From a bacterium (GTDB lineage: Bacteria; UBA8248; JACPRG01; G963555815): DNA of 64,000 bases. Where the stretch lies: assembly GCA_965261595.1 (NCBI GenBank), contig CBDHDG010000006.1, forward strand, positions 320,001-384,000, given 5' to 3'. The position numbers were made by a program, and so were the translations under genes. Below, in pieces: positions 19,150 through 31,540 of the stretch (positions are counted from its first letter, which is position 1; each line of letters opens with the position of its first letter). Below the pieces are notes generated by a model. The model was given only the letters and a program-made list of their open reading frames with translations, was not told where the DNA came from and made no database searches.

Positions 19150-20067
19150 TCATGCGGCCTCCGCAACTTGAGCGAGTTTTTCCTGCCTTGCCTGGGCCGG
19201 CGTTCGGTAGCCGTAGCCCTCGAGAATCCAATGATGGTTGTACAGGTTCTTGAACTCAAGCAGCGCCCACCGCAGTTCCTCTACGGTGGCGAAAGAGCGC
19301 ACCCACAGGAGATTCTCCTTCAAGATGCGGATAAACCACTCACAGTAGCCATTTCCCTCGGGCGCCCGCACGAAGCTGGGCGAACTGGTCATGCCCAGGT
19401 AGGCGATCTCCCGCTGAAAGTCATCGGACAGATAGGCGGGGCCGTGGTCGTGACGAACTTTAAGCCCCTCGGCGACGTCCGCCTCCAAGCCGGCGAAGCG
19501 CTCGGCGACCCCCTGCCGGATCGGCTCCAGGGCCTCGAAGCGGTTGCCGCTCTTGGCCGCATGGATCCCCACGCAGTCCACCGAGCAGTGATCCACCGCC
19601 ACGAACACCGAGGCCACCCCCTCCTCGGTGGTCACCGTCGTCGTCATGTCCGTGCCCCACATTCGGTCGGGCCGCTCGGTGCGGATGGTCCCGTTGTGGG
19701 CCTTGGGACCTCGGGGTTTGCCCACCCGGTGGGGGGCCTGAAGCCCCGCCTCCCGCATCAGGCGACGCACCCGCTCCTTGCTGGTGCGGATGCCCGCGAA
19801 GCGCAGCCTCGCCCACACCTTGCGGTAGCCCTCGCCATGGAAGGGAGAGTCCTCCAGGACCTGCCGGATGTGGCCGAGGAGTTCCGCATCGGTGCACGGG
19901 CCCACAGGGCCGCGCTTATTGGGCGTGGGGCGTTCATGAACGGGGACCGCCTCTCGCCGCCGTTGCGCGTAGACCGTGGAGAGCGCCAAGCCCCAAAGGG
20001 CGCACACCCGCTTCAGGCCGTAGGCTCTGCCCGTGGAGGTGAAGCGGGCCTGACTCATCGCCTCCAC
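19150..20067 (-). CDS. IS3-family transposase OrfB (DDE integrase core)
   Basis: GYRKVWARL, WGTDMT, HDHGPAY and NGYCEWF motifs. Confidence 0.9.
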   Translation of the reverse strand: MEAMSQARFTSTGRAYGLKRVCALWGLALSTVYAQRRREAVPVHERPTPNKRGPVGPCTDAELLGHIRQVLEDSPFHGEGYRKVWARLRFAGIRTSKERVRRLMREAGLQAPHRVGKPRGPKAHNGTIRTERPDRMWGTDMTTTVTTEEGVASVFVAVDHCSVDCVGIHAAKSGNRFEALEPIRQGVAERFAGLEADVAEGLKVRHDHGPAYLSDDFQREIAYLGMTSSPSFVRAPEGNGYCEWFIRILKENLLWVRSFATVEELRWALLEFKNLYNHHWILEGYGYRTPAQARQEKLAQVAEAA

Positions 20068-20440
20068 CTCCTGCCGGCTAAAGGGCGGCCGGCCTCCAGG
20101 CGGTCGATCTTCTCCCGCAGGACCTCGCCCTCCATCGTGAGTTCGCCCACCTTGGCCTTGAGCCGGGCGTTCTCCTCGTCCCGCTCATCCGCCGGGCGGG
20201 CTTTGAGCGCCGCCTCGCCCCCGCGAAGGAACGCCTCGCGCCAGGCGGAAAGCCGAACCGCTGTCGTGCCCAACTCGCGGCAGAGCGTCTCCAGGCTCTC
20301 GCCCCGCAAAAGACGCAGGACCGCCTCCCGCTTGCGCTGGCAGGAGAACCGACCCCGCTCACTGCGATGCCCTGGGGCCTTGGCTCCGTTCGCCCTGCGG
20401 GCGCCCTCCGCCAAAGCCCCCTCTTGCTTTTGTTCGTTCA
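20055..20440 (-). CDS. IS3-family OrfA (HTH)
   Basis: RFSCQRKREAVLRLLRGESLETLCRELG..W plus leucine-zipper-like LKAKVGELTME. Confidence 0.85.
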
Positions 20441-20568
20441 TCGCGACACCCCTTTCTCCATGAATCATGGATCAATCGAGTGTCCAACAAAACCCTAGAG
20501 CGGGGGAGAGGGCTCTAATTGAGTTAAAGAGCAACGGGTGGTCAATACAAGAGTTGTCTTGATTTAAA

Positions 20569-22263
20569 CCGGGATTTCCCAGATGACCACTCTTAGCCAT
20601 CCTGCGGTCCTCCTGTGTCATCAAAGTACCCCATTTTACTACAGATTCAGGGTCTCTTTGCAGAACCCTCTGCTCAATCGAGGGGCAACGGCCGTCCTAA
20701 AGCCGCAATCCCTTGAAAACCCAGCTCTACCGGCACACTCAGGGGAGTTCGGCACAGACTGATCCCCCGTCTCCACCACGTCACTAAGCTTCCGGGCCAT
20801 CTGCTCCGTCATCCGGTATCTGGTACGGGAGGCGGTAACCACAACCGTCGAATTCGTTCAAGGATTGCCCTGAACAGTTGACGCGGCACGGCCACCTCGG
20901 CCATCTGGAAGGTGGTGTGCCGGGCGTGGGTGACCACCTTGGCCCCAATCTTAATCAGCTTCTCGCGTAACGTCGTCAGCGACCAGTGCTTCACCGCTCT
21001 GGGCAACGCCAGCCGCCGCAGGAAGTTTGCCAGGTTGTACGCCAAGGCAAATAGTTGCAAGCGGACCTGGTTCTCTTCAAAGCCGTGGCAGGACAGGCGC
21101 GTCCAGTTCAGGGCGTACTTGCCCTCCTTGATCCACTGCTCCGCCGTCCCACGCTGGTTGTAGAACCTCACGACGTTCTCTTCCCGCCAGTGCAGGTTGG
21201 TCACGATGAAGCTGACTCTTGGAAACAACTCGCCCTGGTGCCACTCGACCGCCACCACCACCCGGCGAGGCTTCTCCCAACTAGCCGCCTGATAGGAGAC
21301 GCTGTGGTAGAAGATAATGGGCCTTTTGGGCGGTCGGCCAACCGGCCGGGTCAGAAGGCATTCGATGTCCCTGTACAAGATGGCGTTGGCCGGAAGCCGA
21401 ATCGCATAGGAGTAGCCCTCCGCCTCAAGGTATCGGTACACCTCCGGCTTGGCAAATGCCGCGTCGCCTTGAAAAAACCGACAGACCTTCGCATCCCGGT
21501 AGCGAGCTACCACCGGCTCCAATACAGACCACCAGTCATCAGCGCTGTGGACCTTGCCGTTGCGCAACAGCGCCCGCTCCAGATCGCCAAACTGGTTGAA
21601 GCAAAACAGTGGGTGATAGCAGGTGCAGCCGAAGTGGCCGTTGTAGGAAGAGCCTTCCTGCTCACCGTGGGTCGGGCTGACCGAACTGTCCATGTCCAGG
21701 ATCAGCTTGCGAATCGGCTTGCGTTTGCGGACACGATCCACCAACACACCGGGCAGACCGCTCAGCGCCTTGAGGGGTTAAGGGGCCGGGTGAGGGTCTG
21801 CGTCTCGAATCGGCTCATCTGGCTGGTGGAGGCAGCGGTGTGATACTTCGCTCGCCCCCCAACCACCTGACGCATGGCGGGATCGACACAGAGCCGCTCG
21901 GCATCATTGGTGTCTTTATATCCTGCCAGGCGGCTGTAGACCGACTGGCGCACCAAAGCGGTGAGGCTGTGCCGGGTGTTCCCGCCCGTCCGTGAATCGG
22001 ACAGAAACCCCTCGGCCGCCTTCGTCAGCCCCAACACCTCATCCAGTTCACGATAGGCAAGCAAACCGGCGTCACTCGTAACCTTTGCTCCGTGAAACTC
22101 CAGCCTGAGCCGACCGTCGAATTGGAGCCTCAACGGCCTCTTTTTCGCTTCACCCATTGGGTCCCCTCGCAAGATGATGGCAGGGAGAGGCCAACACCTT
22201 GATTTTACACGAGAAAACGGCCTTCGGGGCGTTAAAAATTATCATCCATATGGGAAATGCGGG
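20569..22263 (-). mobile_element. IS1380-family insertion sequence
   Basis: IRs ccgggatttcccagatg and rc cccgcatttcccatatg enclosing the transposase. Confidence 0.85.
20809..22157 (-). pseudogene. IS1380-family transposase, frameshifted near 21770
   Basis: TSDAGLL, LDMDSS..HGEQEG..YNGH..YHPL, GDAAF and YNQRGTAEQWIKEGK motifs. Confidence 0.9.
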
Positions 22264-22814
22264 ATTATATTGTTTTTGGGAAAGCCGATCCGCTGGAGGG
22301 CGGCTGTGACGCTCCGGGCGTCGTTGACGGCGTAGTGGAGGCGCAGGGCCGGTTTCGATACCGGTTGATCCCGACAACGATGGCCCAGGAGTCGCCGTAG
22401 GGCCGAGCGGCCGACGGGGCGGGACCGGTCGGCACGACGCCGATGGAGCGCCTGCCCGAGACCTCGACGAGCGACTTGAAGACCCAGCCTTCCTGGCCGG
22501 TCTCAAGCAGGATTTTGAACCAGTCGCCTTGACGAGCATCTACATCGTACTGCTCGCCCTTTTTGATTTTCCCGATGATAGGGGAAGTGGTCTCCGGCCT
22601 CGCACGTACGTTTCCACGAGGGACCCGCACGGTCAGCGATTGGGCGAACAGCGTGGATGAGAGAAAGAGGACCCCCAGAACCGAAACCGCCGCTCCACGC
22701 GCGAACGACCTCATGCCGAACCCCTTCATTGGCATCTTCGTCATTTCTGATTAGACAGCGAAAATGTTAACCGAGTTCGGGAAAGAGGTCAAAAAAACGG
22801 GAGAGCCACTGCGA

Positions 22815-22871
22815 GATTCCTCATCGGGGCCTAAAGGCCCTTGGGTCTGAGGCCCCTCGCCCGGAATGACA
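22815..22871 (-). repeat. REP-like repeat ending ggaatgaca
   Basis: gattcctc...ggaatgaca with internal hairpin; related to 5829 and 16121 copies. Confidence 0.5.
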
Positions 22872-22944
22872 ACATAGGACAAAGGCGGCGCCGGCGGACG
22901 AGCCGCCAGTGGCACACCTTCTTGAAACCTCAGCCGATCCCGAT

Positions 22945-23376
22945 TCAATCTGCCGAAGGTGATTCCGCTTCGGCCCCGACCCGGGGGTCGCCGAAGCCCA
23001 TCAGGTCCTCCTTCTTCCACTTCTCGAACTCCGCCAGGGCCCACATCCCCCGGGCGACTCCCCCGTAAACGACCGTCTGGAGAATCACCTCGCGGATCTC
23101 CTCGTCCGTCGCGCCGTAGCTCTTGCACCCGGTGAAGTGGACGCGAAGCTGCGCCGGCAGACCGGACATCATCAGCGAGGCGACGGCGCAAAGCTCCCGC
23201 GTCTTCTGGTCCAGAACGGTCCGGTCGTATAGAAACCCGAACACAAACTTTTGGAACGCCAGGGAATAGTCCGGGTCGTGCTCGGCCACCCGGTCGAAAA
23301 GCCTCTTCGCGTAATCCTCGCCGTAGCCCGCCGCGCAGCGGGCGAGTCCCTTGGGGTCGTATTGCGGATCGCTCAT
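22945..23376 (-). CDS. Carboxymuconolactone decarboxylase family protein
   Basis: FGFLYDRTVLDQKTRELCAVASL..QLRVH..GAT.EEIREVILQ..YGG. Confidence 0.85.
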   Translation of the reverse strand: MSDPQYDPKGLARCAAGYGEDYAKRLFDRVAEHDPDYSLAFQKFVFGFLYDRTVLDQKTRELCAVASLMMSGLPAQLRVHFTGCKSYGATDEEIREVILQTVVYGGVARGMWALAEFEKWKKEDLMGFGDPRVGAEAESPSAD

Positions 23377-23493
23377 CGGGTGGCCTCCTTGTTCCAAAAG
23401 CATCCGGGTGAATCCCCCGGGGGGGAGGAGAGGGAGGGGGGGTCCCCTCTGCTTTCGCGTATTCTCCGGTCCACGTGACTCCGCTCGGACGCA

Positions 23494-23527
23494 AAAGAGG
23501 GCGGCCCGCTCAGAGACCGCCCTCTTT
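23494..23527. terminator. Putative intrinsic terminator downstream of the HtrA genes
   Basis: aaagagggcgg-N12-ccgccctcttt perfect 11-bp stem. Confidence 0.55.
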
Positions 23528-23593
23528 CGGCGAACGGATGCGTTTCGGTGCAGCGTTGGGGTCTCCGGTCCGCCGGGCCTCCGGCCCTCCCCG

Positions 23594-25010
<1,417 letters not shown>

Positions 25011-25027
25011 GAGAATGCCCCAGGTGT

Positions 25028-26479
25028 TCAGGATCGCTTCAAAGCCACGAAGATGGAGTTTCGGTTCCGGCGGACGAGCAACAACACCGAGTCCAGCTCC
25101 ACGGCCTGGCGAAGCAGGCGCCGGTAATCCCTCATCCCCTGAATGGGGTTGCGGTTGATCTCCAAAATCACGTCCCCTTCCTGGAGACCGCCCGCCTGGG
25201 CCGGGCTTCCGGCCTCCACCGAGGCGATGACCACGCCGACCGGCGGGTTGAGCTTCATGCGGCGGGCCATCCGGTCGGTCATCGGCGTCACGAGAAGTCC
25301 CAGCCGCCGGCCGGACCGGTCGCCGCGCGCGGCGTCTTCATCCGCGGCGCGTACATCGACGGCCACCTCAACCGGGCGGCCGTTGCGGATCAGTTTCATC
25401 CGCGCCCGCGAGCCGGGCCGCGTCGAGGCCACGAGGAAGGGAAGCTCCCTCACCGCGCGGATGGGGCGGCCGTTGAACTCGACAATGATGTCTCCCCTCC
25501 GAACCCCCGCGGCGGCGGCCGGTCCCGATTTTGTCACGTCCGAGACGAGGGCGCCTTCCCGGCTCCCGAGGCCCAAGGTCCGCGCCAGGGAAGGCGAGAC
25601 GCCGCGCACGGCGATCCCCACCCAACCCCGGCGGACGGCGCCGTACATCTTCAAATCGGGAAGAATGGCCTTGGCGAATTTGATGGGGATGGCGAAGCCG
25701 ACCCCCAGACTCTCCGCGACGATGGCCGTGTTGAGCCCCACGACCTCTCCCCTCGTGTTGAGGAGGGGACCGCCGGAGTTGCCCACGTTGATGTAGGCGT
25801 CGGTCTGGATATAGTCATCGAAGGGACCGGACCCGATCACGCGGCCTTTCGCGCTCACGACCCCCACCGTGACGGTGTGCGCCAGGCCGAAGGGGCTTCC
25901 GATGGCCATCACCCATTCCCCCACTTCCAGCTCGTCGGAGCTCCCGAGCCGGGCCGCCGGCAGCGGCCGGACCGGATCAATCTTCAGCAGGGCGATATCG
26001 GTCTTGGGGTCGGTTCCCACAATCCGGGCGTCGTATTCGCTCCTGTCCTCCAGCGTGATCTTGATCGCCCCGGATCGCTCGATGACATGGTAGTTGGTGA
26101 GGATATACCCCTTGGGGTCCACAATGACGCCCGATCCCAGGCTGCGGCGCGGCGGCCCGCCGCCCCGGGCGCCGAAATCAGGCGCGAACCGCTCAAAGAA
26201 GTCCTTCTCCTTCCGCCGTGGGCTCCGCGGCCCGAGGAAGCGCCGGGCACGAGGCAGATTCCAGCCCTGAACCTTCTCTGTGGTGCTGATGTTGACGACA
26301 ATCGGCTTGGCGGATCGGGCGAGCCGGATGAACACCCGGCTTCCAAAGGGATGGTCACGGGAAGCGCCCCAGCCCGACGCGGTCCACACCGACGAGGCCG
26401 CCAGAAGCGCAAGGACGCCGAGCCACACGGCCGAACGTCCAATGGAACAAAGTCGGAAATGTGAAGTGAGCTGGGGCAT
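25028..26479 (-). CDS. HtrA/DegP serine protease with two PDZ domains
   Basis: SLGSGVI, TNYHV, DIALLK and INVGNSGGPL motifs. Confidence 0.92.
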   Translation of the reverse strand: MPQLTSHFRLCSIGRSAVWLGVLALLAASSVWTASGWGASRDHPFGSRVFIRLARSAKPIVVNISTTEKVQGWNLPRARRFLGPRSPRRKEKDFFERFAPDFGARGGGPPRRSLGSGVIVDPKGYILTNYHVIERSGAIKITLEDRSEYDARIVGTDPKTDIALLKIDPVRPLPAARLGSSDELEVGEWVMAIGSPFGLAHTVTVGVVSAKGRVIGSGPFDDYIQTDAYINVGNSGGPLLNTRGEVVGLNTAIVAESLGVGFAIPIKFAKAILPDLKMYGAVRRGWVGIAVRGVSPSLARTLGLGSREGALVSDVTKSGPAAAAGVRRGDIIVEFNGRPIRAVRELPFLVASTRPGSRARMKLIRNGRPVEVAVDVRAADEDAARGDRSGRRLGLLVTPMTDRMARRMKLNPPVGVVIASVEAGSPAQAGGLQEGDVILEINRNPIQGMRDYRRLLRQAVELDSVLLLVRRNRNSIFVALKRS

Positions 26480-26556
26480 CGAGCCGGCTGGTCAGCGAAT
26501 CGAATCGCTCAACGTCCCGCGAAGCAACGTTCAGCGATCGCCGGTTCGCTAAAAAT

Positions 26557-26682
26557 CCCCTCGGGTTGATGGACCCTCGGGTCGATAGACCCTCGGATGG
26601 GTGGAGTCTCGGGGTCGGTGGACCTTCGGGTCAATGGACCCCCCGGGTCGGAGGATCCCTCGGGTCGGAGGACCCCTCCGGA
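26557..26682. repeat. Degenerate tandem array of ~16-17 bp units (CCCTCGGGTCGATGGA)
   Basis: About 7-8 units in the divergent htrA/pgi intergenic region. Confidence 0.75.
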
Positions 26683-26831
26683 ATCAGCGTCTGGATTGAC
26701 AACCCCAGCGCCGCGCACTACGTTGACTTTATCCCTTGGCCATCCGGCTGTAAAGGGATTTTTTATGCAACGATTCGATGGAATACCGGCGAGGACGCGC
26801 CGAAACCCGGACCCATTCAGGAGCATCAGCG

Positions 26832-27932
26832 GTGGAGAAGGACCCTGGAACCCTCCTGGATGATCCCGGGGGCATCGCCCGGCGGGATCCGGGCGGCATG
26901 TTCGGGATTTTGGCCGAATGGCCCGGCCAATGGCGAAGCGCCGCCGCGAGGGCGATGGACGCCGAATGGCCCAAAAGCCCGCCGGGCGGCGGATTTCGTA
27001 ACTTGGTCATCTCCGGCATGGGCGGATCGGCCATCGGAGGGGACCTGTTGAACGCCTGTCTGGGGGACGCGCTGGGCATCCCGCTGGTCGTCAACCGCTC
27101 GGACGCCTGCCCGGGGTTCGTAGGACCGGGCACGCTGTTCGTCGCCGTCAGCTACTCGGGCGACACCGAGGAAACCCTCTCGGCCGCCGCGGACGCCCTC
27201 AGGCGGGGCGCGGAGGTGGTGGGCGTCACGAGCGGTGGGGCGCTGGCGTCGGAATGCCGCCGGGCGGGCAAGGCCGTCTTCTCCGCGCCCGGGGGGCTGC
27301 CTCCCCGCCAGGCCCTCGCCCATCTTTTTCTACCCATGCTCGGGCTGGTTCAAGCCCTGGGGCTTGCGGACGATCAATCCACGGCTGTCGAGGAAACGGG
27401 AGAGGTCCTGTCCGAGGCGGCGGGCCTCTACGGTCCGGACGTCCCCGTCTCTGAAAACCCGGCCAAACGTCTGGCCTCCGCCTTGCATGGGAAGATCCCC
27501 GTGGTCTGCGGCGTGCAGGGCCGCACGGATGCCGTCGCGGCGCGCTGGCGGAGCCAGTTTCACGAGAACAGCAAGAACTGGGCGGCGGCCAACGCCCTGC
27601 CCGAGCTGGCCCACAACGAAATTACGAGCTGGCTCTCCCTTTCCGCGCTGACGCGGCGGGTGGTTTGCATGATCTTTCTGGAAGACCAAGAAGACGGCGC
27701 CCGCATGGCCCGCCGCAGGCAGCTCACACGGGACGCCATCGCCCCCCATGTCGCCGGCGCGTTTAGTGTCCCATCCCGGGGACAGAGCCGTCTGGCCCGG
27801 CTGTTTTCCCTGGTGGCTCAGGGCGACTTCGTGAGCTGTTACCTCGCGGTGCTGAACGAAGCGGACCCGCTTCCCGTCCCCGCCATCGAGGACCTCAAGA
27901 CAGCCTTGGCCGCGGATTCGCCTGAAGCATGA
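26832..27932 (+). CDS. Bifunctional phosphoglucose/phosphomannose isomerase
   Basis: [26 protein letters not shown] and PELAHNE motifs; RBS AGGAG before GTG. Confidence 0.9.
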   Translation: MEKDPGTLLDDPGGIARRDPGGMFGILAEWPGQWRSAAARAMDAEWPKSPPGGGFRNLVISGMGGSAIGGDLLNACLGDALGIPLVVNRSDACPGFVGPGTLFVAVSYSGDTEETLSAAADALRRGAEVVGVTSGGALASECRRAGKAVFSAPGGLPPRQALAHLFLPMLGLVQALGLADDQSTAVEETGEVLSEAAGLYGPDVPVSENPAKRLASALHGKIPVVCGVQGRTDAVAARWRSQFHENSKNWAAANALPELAHNEITSWLSLSALTRRVVCMIFLEDQEDGARMARRRQLTRDAIAPHVAGAFSVPSRGQSRLARLFSLVAQGDFVSCYLAVLNEADPLPVPAIEDLKTALAADSPEA

Positions 27933-29743
27933 ACCTCACTCACCTGCGCAATTTTTCGATCATCGCCCATATCGACCATGGCAAATCCACGCTGGCCGAC
28001 CGGATGCTCGAGCTCACCCAGTCGGTGGCCTCTCGGCAGATGATGGACCAGATGCTGGATTCGATGGACATCGAGCGGGAGCGGGGGATCACCATCAAGG
28101 CCCAGACGGCCCGGATGACCTATCGGAACGCGGACGGCCGGGAATACACCCTGAACCTCATCGACACCCCGGGTCACGTGGATTTTACGTACGAGGTCTC
28201 GCGGAGCCTCGCGGCCTGCGAAGGCGTCCTGCTGATCGTGGACGCCGCGCAGGGGATCCAGGCCCAGACCCTCGCCAACGCCTACCTGGCCCTGGAGGCC
28301 GGTCTCACCATCCTCCCCGTCCTCAACAAGATCGACCTTCCCACCGCCGACCCCGAGCGGGTGTCGCGTCAGGTGATGGATTTCCTCGGCGTGGGGGAGG
28401 AGGAGATCCTCCAGGTGAGCGCCAAGGCCGGGACAGGCGTATTGGAGCTGATGGAGGAGATCGTCCGCCGGATTCGGCCGCCCGAGGGCGACCCGAGCTC
28501 CCCGCTGAAGGCCCTGATCGTGGACTGCTGGTTCGACCCGTACCGGGGTGCCGTCATCCTGGTCCGGGTCATCGACGGCGAGCTTCGCGTCGGGATGGAC
28601 ATCGAAATGATGGCGACGAACATGCGGTGCGAGATCAACGAAGTCGGGGTGCTCACGCCGGCCGCCCGCCAGGTGGAAGTCCTCGGGGCGGGCGAGGTCG
28701 GCTACCTGATAGCCGGCATCAAGCAGATCGGCGACATCAAAGTGGGCGACACCGTGACCGAGAAGGGCCGACCGACCGAAAAACCGTTTCCGGGGTACCG
28801 GGAGCCCAAGGCGATGGTCTTCTGCGGGCTCTACCCGGTGGAAGGGACCGAGTACGAATCCCTCAAAGCGGCCCTGGAGAAACTCCACCTGAACGACACC
28901 GCCTTCAGCTACGAGGCGGAGACCTCGGCCGCCCTCGGGTTCGGATACCGGTGCGGCTTCCTGGGCCTTCTGCACATGGACGTCATCCGCGAGCGGCTCG
29001 AGCGGGAGTACGATCTGACCCTTCTGACGACGTCCCCCACGGCGGCCTTCCATGTCACGACCACCGATGGAGGGGTGGTGCGGGTGGACAACCCCACGAA
29101 ACTGCCCCCGGCGGGGCGCATCGACCGGATCGAGGAGCCCTTCGTGCGGGGATCGATCGTCGTCCCCTCCGAATACCTGGGCGGCGTCATCAAGCTCTGC
29201 CAGGAGAAGCGGGGCGTCCAGAAACGCCTGGAATACCTGGACGCCCGGATCGTCCTGCTGGAGTACGAGCTGCCGCTGGCCGAAATCCTCTTTGATTTCT
29301 ACGACCGGCTGAAATCGCTCAGCCGGGGGTACGCTTCGTTCGATTACGAACCCATCGATTCCCGCGCCTCGGACCTGGTGAAGATCGACATCCTGCTCAA
29401 CGGCGAGCCCGTAGACGCCCTGTCGCTGATCATCCATAAGGAGAAGGCCTATGCGCACGGCCGGGCGTTGGTGGAGAAGATGAAGGGCATCATCCCGCGG
29501 CAGCTCTTCGAGGTGACGATCCAGGCGGCCATCGGAAGCCGGATCATTTCGCGCGAGAGCGTCAAGCCCCTGCGCAAGCAGGTCACGGCCAAATGCTACG
29601 GGGGCGACGTCACCCGCAAGCGCAAGCTGCTCGAAAAGCAGCGGGAGGGCAAGAAGCGGATGAAACGTGTGGGGCGCGTCGAAGTCCCGCAGGAGGCTTT
29701 CCTGGCCGTCCTGAACATCACCCCGGGCGGGGGGTCGGGCTGA
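27929..29743 (+). CDS. lepA: Elongation factor 4
   Basis: [26 protein letters not shown] and [14 protein letters not shown] motifs. Confidence 0.98.
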   Translation: MNLTHLRNFSIIAHIDHGKSTLADRMLELTQSVASRQMMDQMLDSMDIERERGITIKAQTARMTYRNADGREYTLNLIDTPGHVDFTYEVSRSLAACEGVLLIVDAAQGIQAQTLANAYLALEAGLTILPVLNKIDLPTADPERVSRQVMDFLGVGEEEILQVSAKAGTGVLELMEEIVRRIRPPEGDPSSPLKALIVDCWFDPYRGAVILVRVIDGELRVGMDIEMMATNMRCEINEVGVLTPAARQVEVLGAGEVGYLIAGIKQIGDIKVGDTVTEKGRPTEKPFPGYREPKAMVFCGLYPVEGTEYESLKAALEKLHLNDTAFSYEAETSAALGFGYRCGFLGLLHMDVIRERLEREYDLTLLTTSPTAAFHVTTTDGGVVRVDNPTKLPPAGRIDRIEEPFVRGSIVVPSEYLGGVIKLCQEKRGVQKRLEYLDARIVLLEYELPLAEILFDFYDRLKSLSRGYASFDYEPIDSRASDLVKIDILLNGEPVDALSLIIHKEKAYAHGRALVEKMKGIIPRQLFEVTIQAAIGSRIISRESVKPLRKQVTAKCYGGDVTRKRKLLEKQREGKKRMKRVGRVEVPQEAFLAVLNITPGGGSG

Positions 29744-29894
29744 CGCGGCCGGAGCCCACCCAGGCCGCCTCCGCCTTGCGAACGGGAAAAAGTAAGTATA
29801 ATAAGCGCCGTTTTCGGAATCGTGCGATCACCCACGGGAAGCGGGGCATCGCCCTGCGTTGACCCGAACCCCTCCAAGCGGAATCAGGAAACCG

Positions 29895-30647
29895 ATGGTC
29901 GGAGTTAAAGAAATCGTCGCCGAAGCGAAGCGCGGCGATGAGCCGTCCAAAAAGAAAAAACCGAAGGGTGTCATCCGGGAGTACACCGAGGCCATCCTCC
30001 TCGCCCTGCTCCTGGCCCTCTTCCTGCGGGCATTCGTCGTCCAGGCCTTCAAAATCCCCTCGGGGTCCATGAAGGAGACCCTTCAGGTCGGCGACCACCT
30101 CCTGGTCAACAAGCTCCTCTACCGGACATGGACCAAGCACGACCTGGCGGAGATGTTCGAGGTGGTGCCCATCCTCGGCAATGTCGTCAAGGCCCTCACC
30201 GACCTAGTCCCGTTCGATTACCGCTTCCGGTTCCGGGACGTGGATCGCGGGGATGTGATCGTCTTCAAATATCCCCGGAACGAATCGCGCGACTTCATCA
30301 AGCGGGTCATCGGCCTGCCGGGCGAGGTGGTGGAGGTCCGGGGACGGGAGGTCCTCATCAACGGAATTCTGCTGGAGGAAACCTACACCCGGTACGACGA
30401 CCACGGCGATCAGGGGAATTTCTCCACCCGCGAGCGGTTCGGCCCGGTCCGGGTCCCCGAGGGACACCTCTTCATGATGGGGGACAACCGCGACAACTCC
30501 CTCGACAGCCGCTTCTGGGGGTTTTTGAACATGGACAAGGTCCGGGGCGAAGCGTTCATCATCTATTGGTCGTGCGAAGAGCTCGGCTTCTCATGCCTGC
30601 TCCCCCGAAACGTCCGCTGGAACCGCTTCGGCCACCTACTTTTTTAA
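29895..30647 (+). CDS. lepB: Signal peptidase I (start uncertain, 29859 or 29895)
   Basis: IPSGSM, IKRVIGLPG and GDNRDNSLDSR motifs. Confidence 0.95.
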   Translation: MVGVKEIVAEAKRGDEPSKKKKPKGVIREYTEAILLALLLALFLRAFVVQAFKIPSGSMKETLQVGDHLLVNKLLYRTWTKHDLAEMFEVVPILGNVVKALTDLVPFDYRFRFRDVDRGDVIVFKYPRNESRDFIKRVIGLPGEVVEVRGREVLINGILLEETYTRYDDHGDQGNFSTRERFGPVRVPEGHLFMMGDNRDNSLDSRFWGFLNMDKVRGEAFIIYWSCEELGFSCLLPRNVRWNRFGHLLF

Positions 30648-30709
30648 AACCGATCAGGGGACCGCCTTTCAAAAGCCTGTCCCGCGCAAAGTCGAGGGAA
30701 GCCCCCTGG

Positions 30710-31540
30710 TTAGTCCTTCAAAATTCTTCCGAGCTTATTCGAGAGGTTCGCGAACTCCTCCAGACTCAGCGTCTCCGCCCGGCGGGCGGGGTCGATTTCG
30801 CAGCCGGCCAAGACCTCGTTCACCCGTAAAGCCTCAAAATGGGATTTCAGGTTGTTCAGGAGCGTCTTGCGGCGTTGGGCGAAGGCCGCCCGGACAACGC
30901 GCTCGAAAAACGCCGGGTCGCCCACCGGCGCCCGCGGCCGGGCTTGGGGGATAAGCCGCAGGACGGTGGACACCACCTTGGGCCGGGGGGAGAAGGCGCT
31001 CGGGTCCACATCGAAACTGGGCTCCACCCCGCACCAGAGCTGGACGGCCAGGGAAAGCGTCCCGTACGCCTTGGAGCCGGCGCGGGCGGCGATCCGCTCG
31101 GCCACCTCCTTCTGGATCATCACAACGATGTCCTCGATATCCTCCCGCGATTCAAGCAGACGCAACAAAATAGCCGTGGCCGCATAGTAGGGGAGGTTCC
31201 CGACAAGCCGGTTCGCTCCCCCCCCCCCCCCGAGAAGGGATGAGAAGTCGAACTTCAACGCGTCGGCCTCCAGGATGGAGACGTTCGGCGCGGCGGCGAA
31301 TTCTTCGCGCAATTCGGCCGCGAGACGGGCGTCGATCTCCAGGGCGGTGAGACGGCCCGCCTCCCCCAGCGACCGGGCGAGGACCCGTGTGAGCGCCCCC
31401 CCTCCGGGACCGATCTCGATGACGCGGTCGCCCGGCCGGACGTGGATGAACTCGGCGATCCGGTCCAGGACAAACGGGTCTCGCAGCTCATGCTGGCCCA
31501 GACGGGCCTTCCTGCGGCGCGGCGGGATCGCCCGGCTCAT
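30710..31540 (-). CDS. rsmA: 16S rRNA dimethyladenosine transferase
   Basis: LGQH.L, EIGPGGG, GNLPY, QKEVAER and RRAETLS motifs. Confidence 0.93.
   Translation of the reverse strand: MSRAIPPRRRKARLGQHELRDPFVLDRIAEFIHVRPGDRVIEIGPGGGALTRVLARSLGEAGRLTALEIDARLAAELREEFAAAPNVSILEADALKFDFSSLLGGGGGANRLVGNLPYYAATAILLRLLESREDIEDIVVMIQKEVAERIAARAGSKAYGTLSLAVQLWCGVEPSFDVDPSAFSPRPKVVSTVLRLIPQARPRAPVGDPAFFERVVRAAFAQRRKTLLNNLKSHFEALRVNEVLAGCEIDPARRAETLSLEEFANLSNKLGRILKD

Larger units (their letters stand above)
19104..20507 (-). mobile_element. IS3-family insertion sequence
   Basis: Imperfect TIRs (tggaccgcccctgggttattggacactc vs rc tcccccgctctagggttttgttggacactc), 4-bp GAGG duplication at 19100-19103 and 20508-20511, orfA/orfB layout. 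Confidence 0.85.
18552..22263. mobile_element. Composite insertion bounded by two inward-facing IS1380-family left ends
   Basis: Ends cccagatattccatatggat and rc cccgcatttcccatatggat; flanking 5-bp ATCAT/ATAAT near-duplication; removing it restores KNNIITLLDE. Confidence 0.75.
17011..22744 (-). pseudogene. Secreted SH3b / caspase-like (C14) / coiled coil / FGE-sulfatase protein, interrupted by IS insertion and frameshifted
   Basis: 5' part 22264-22744: signal peptide, NVRARP..GDWF SH3, AIVVGINRY..YAVNDA. 3' part 17011-18551: AHG, DACFSG, RLPTEAEWEKAARG, GFRCA. Frameshifts near 22345 and 17210. Confidence 0.85.

Noticed and set aside
26557..26682. Possible CRISPR array
   Set aside because: Units are ~16 bp, degenerate and contiguous, with no spacers and no cas genes
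29776..29802. Sigma70 promoter for lepB (ttgcga...tataat)
   Set aside because: Spacer is only 15 bp; plausible but not supportable without TSS data
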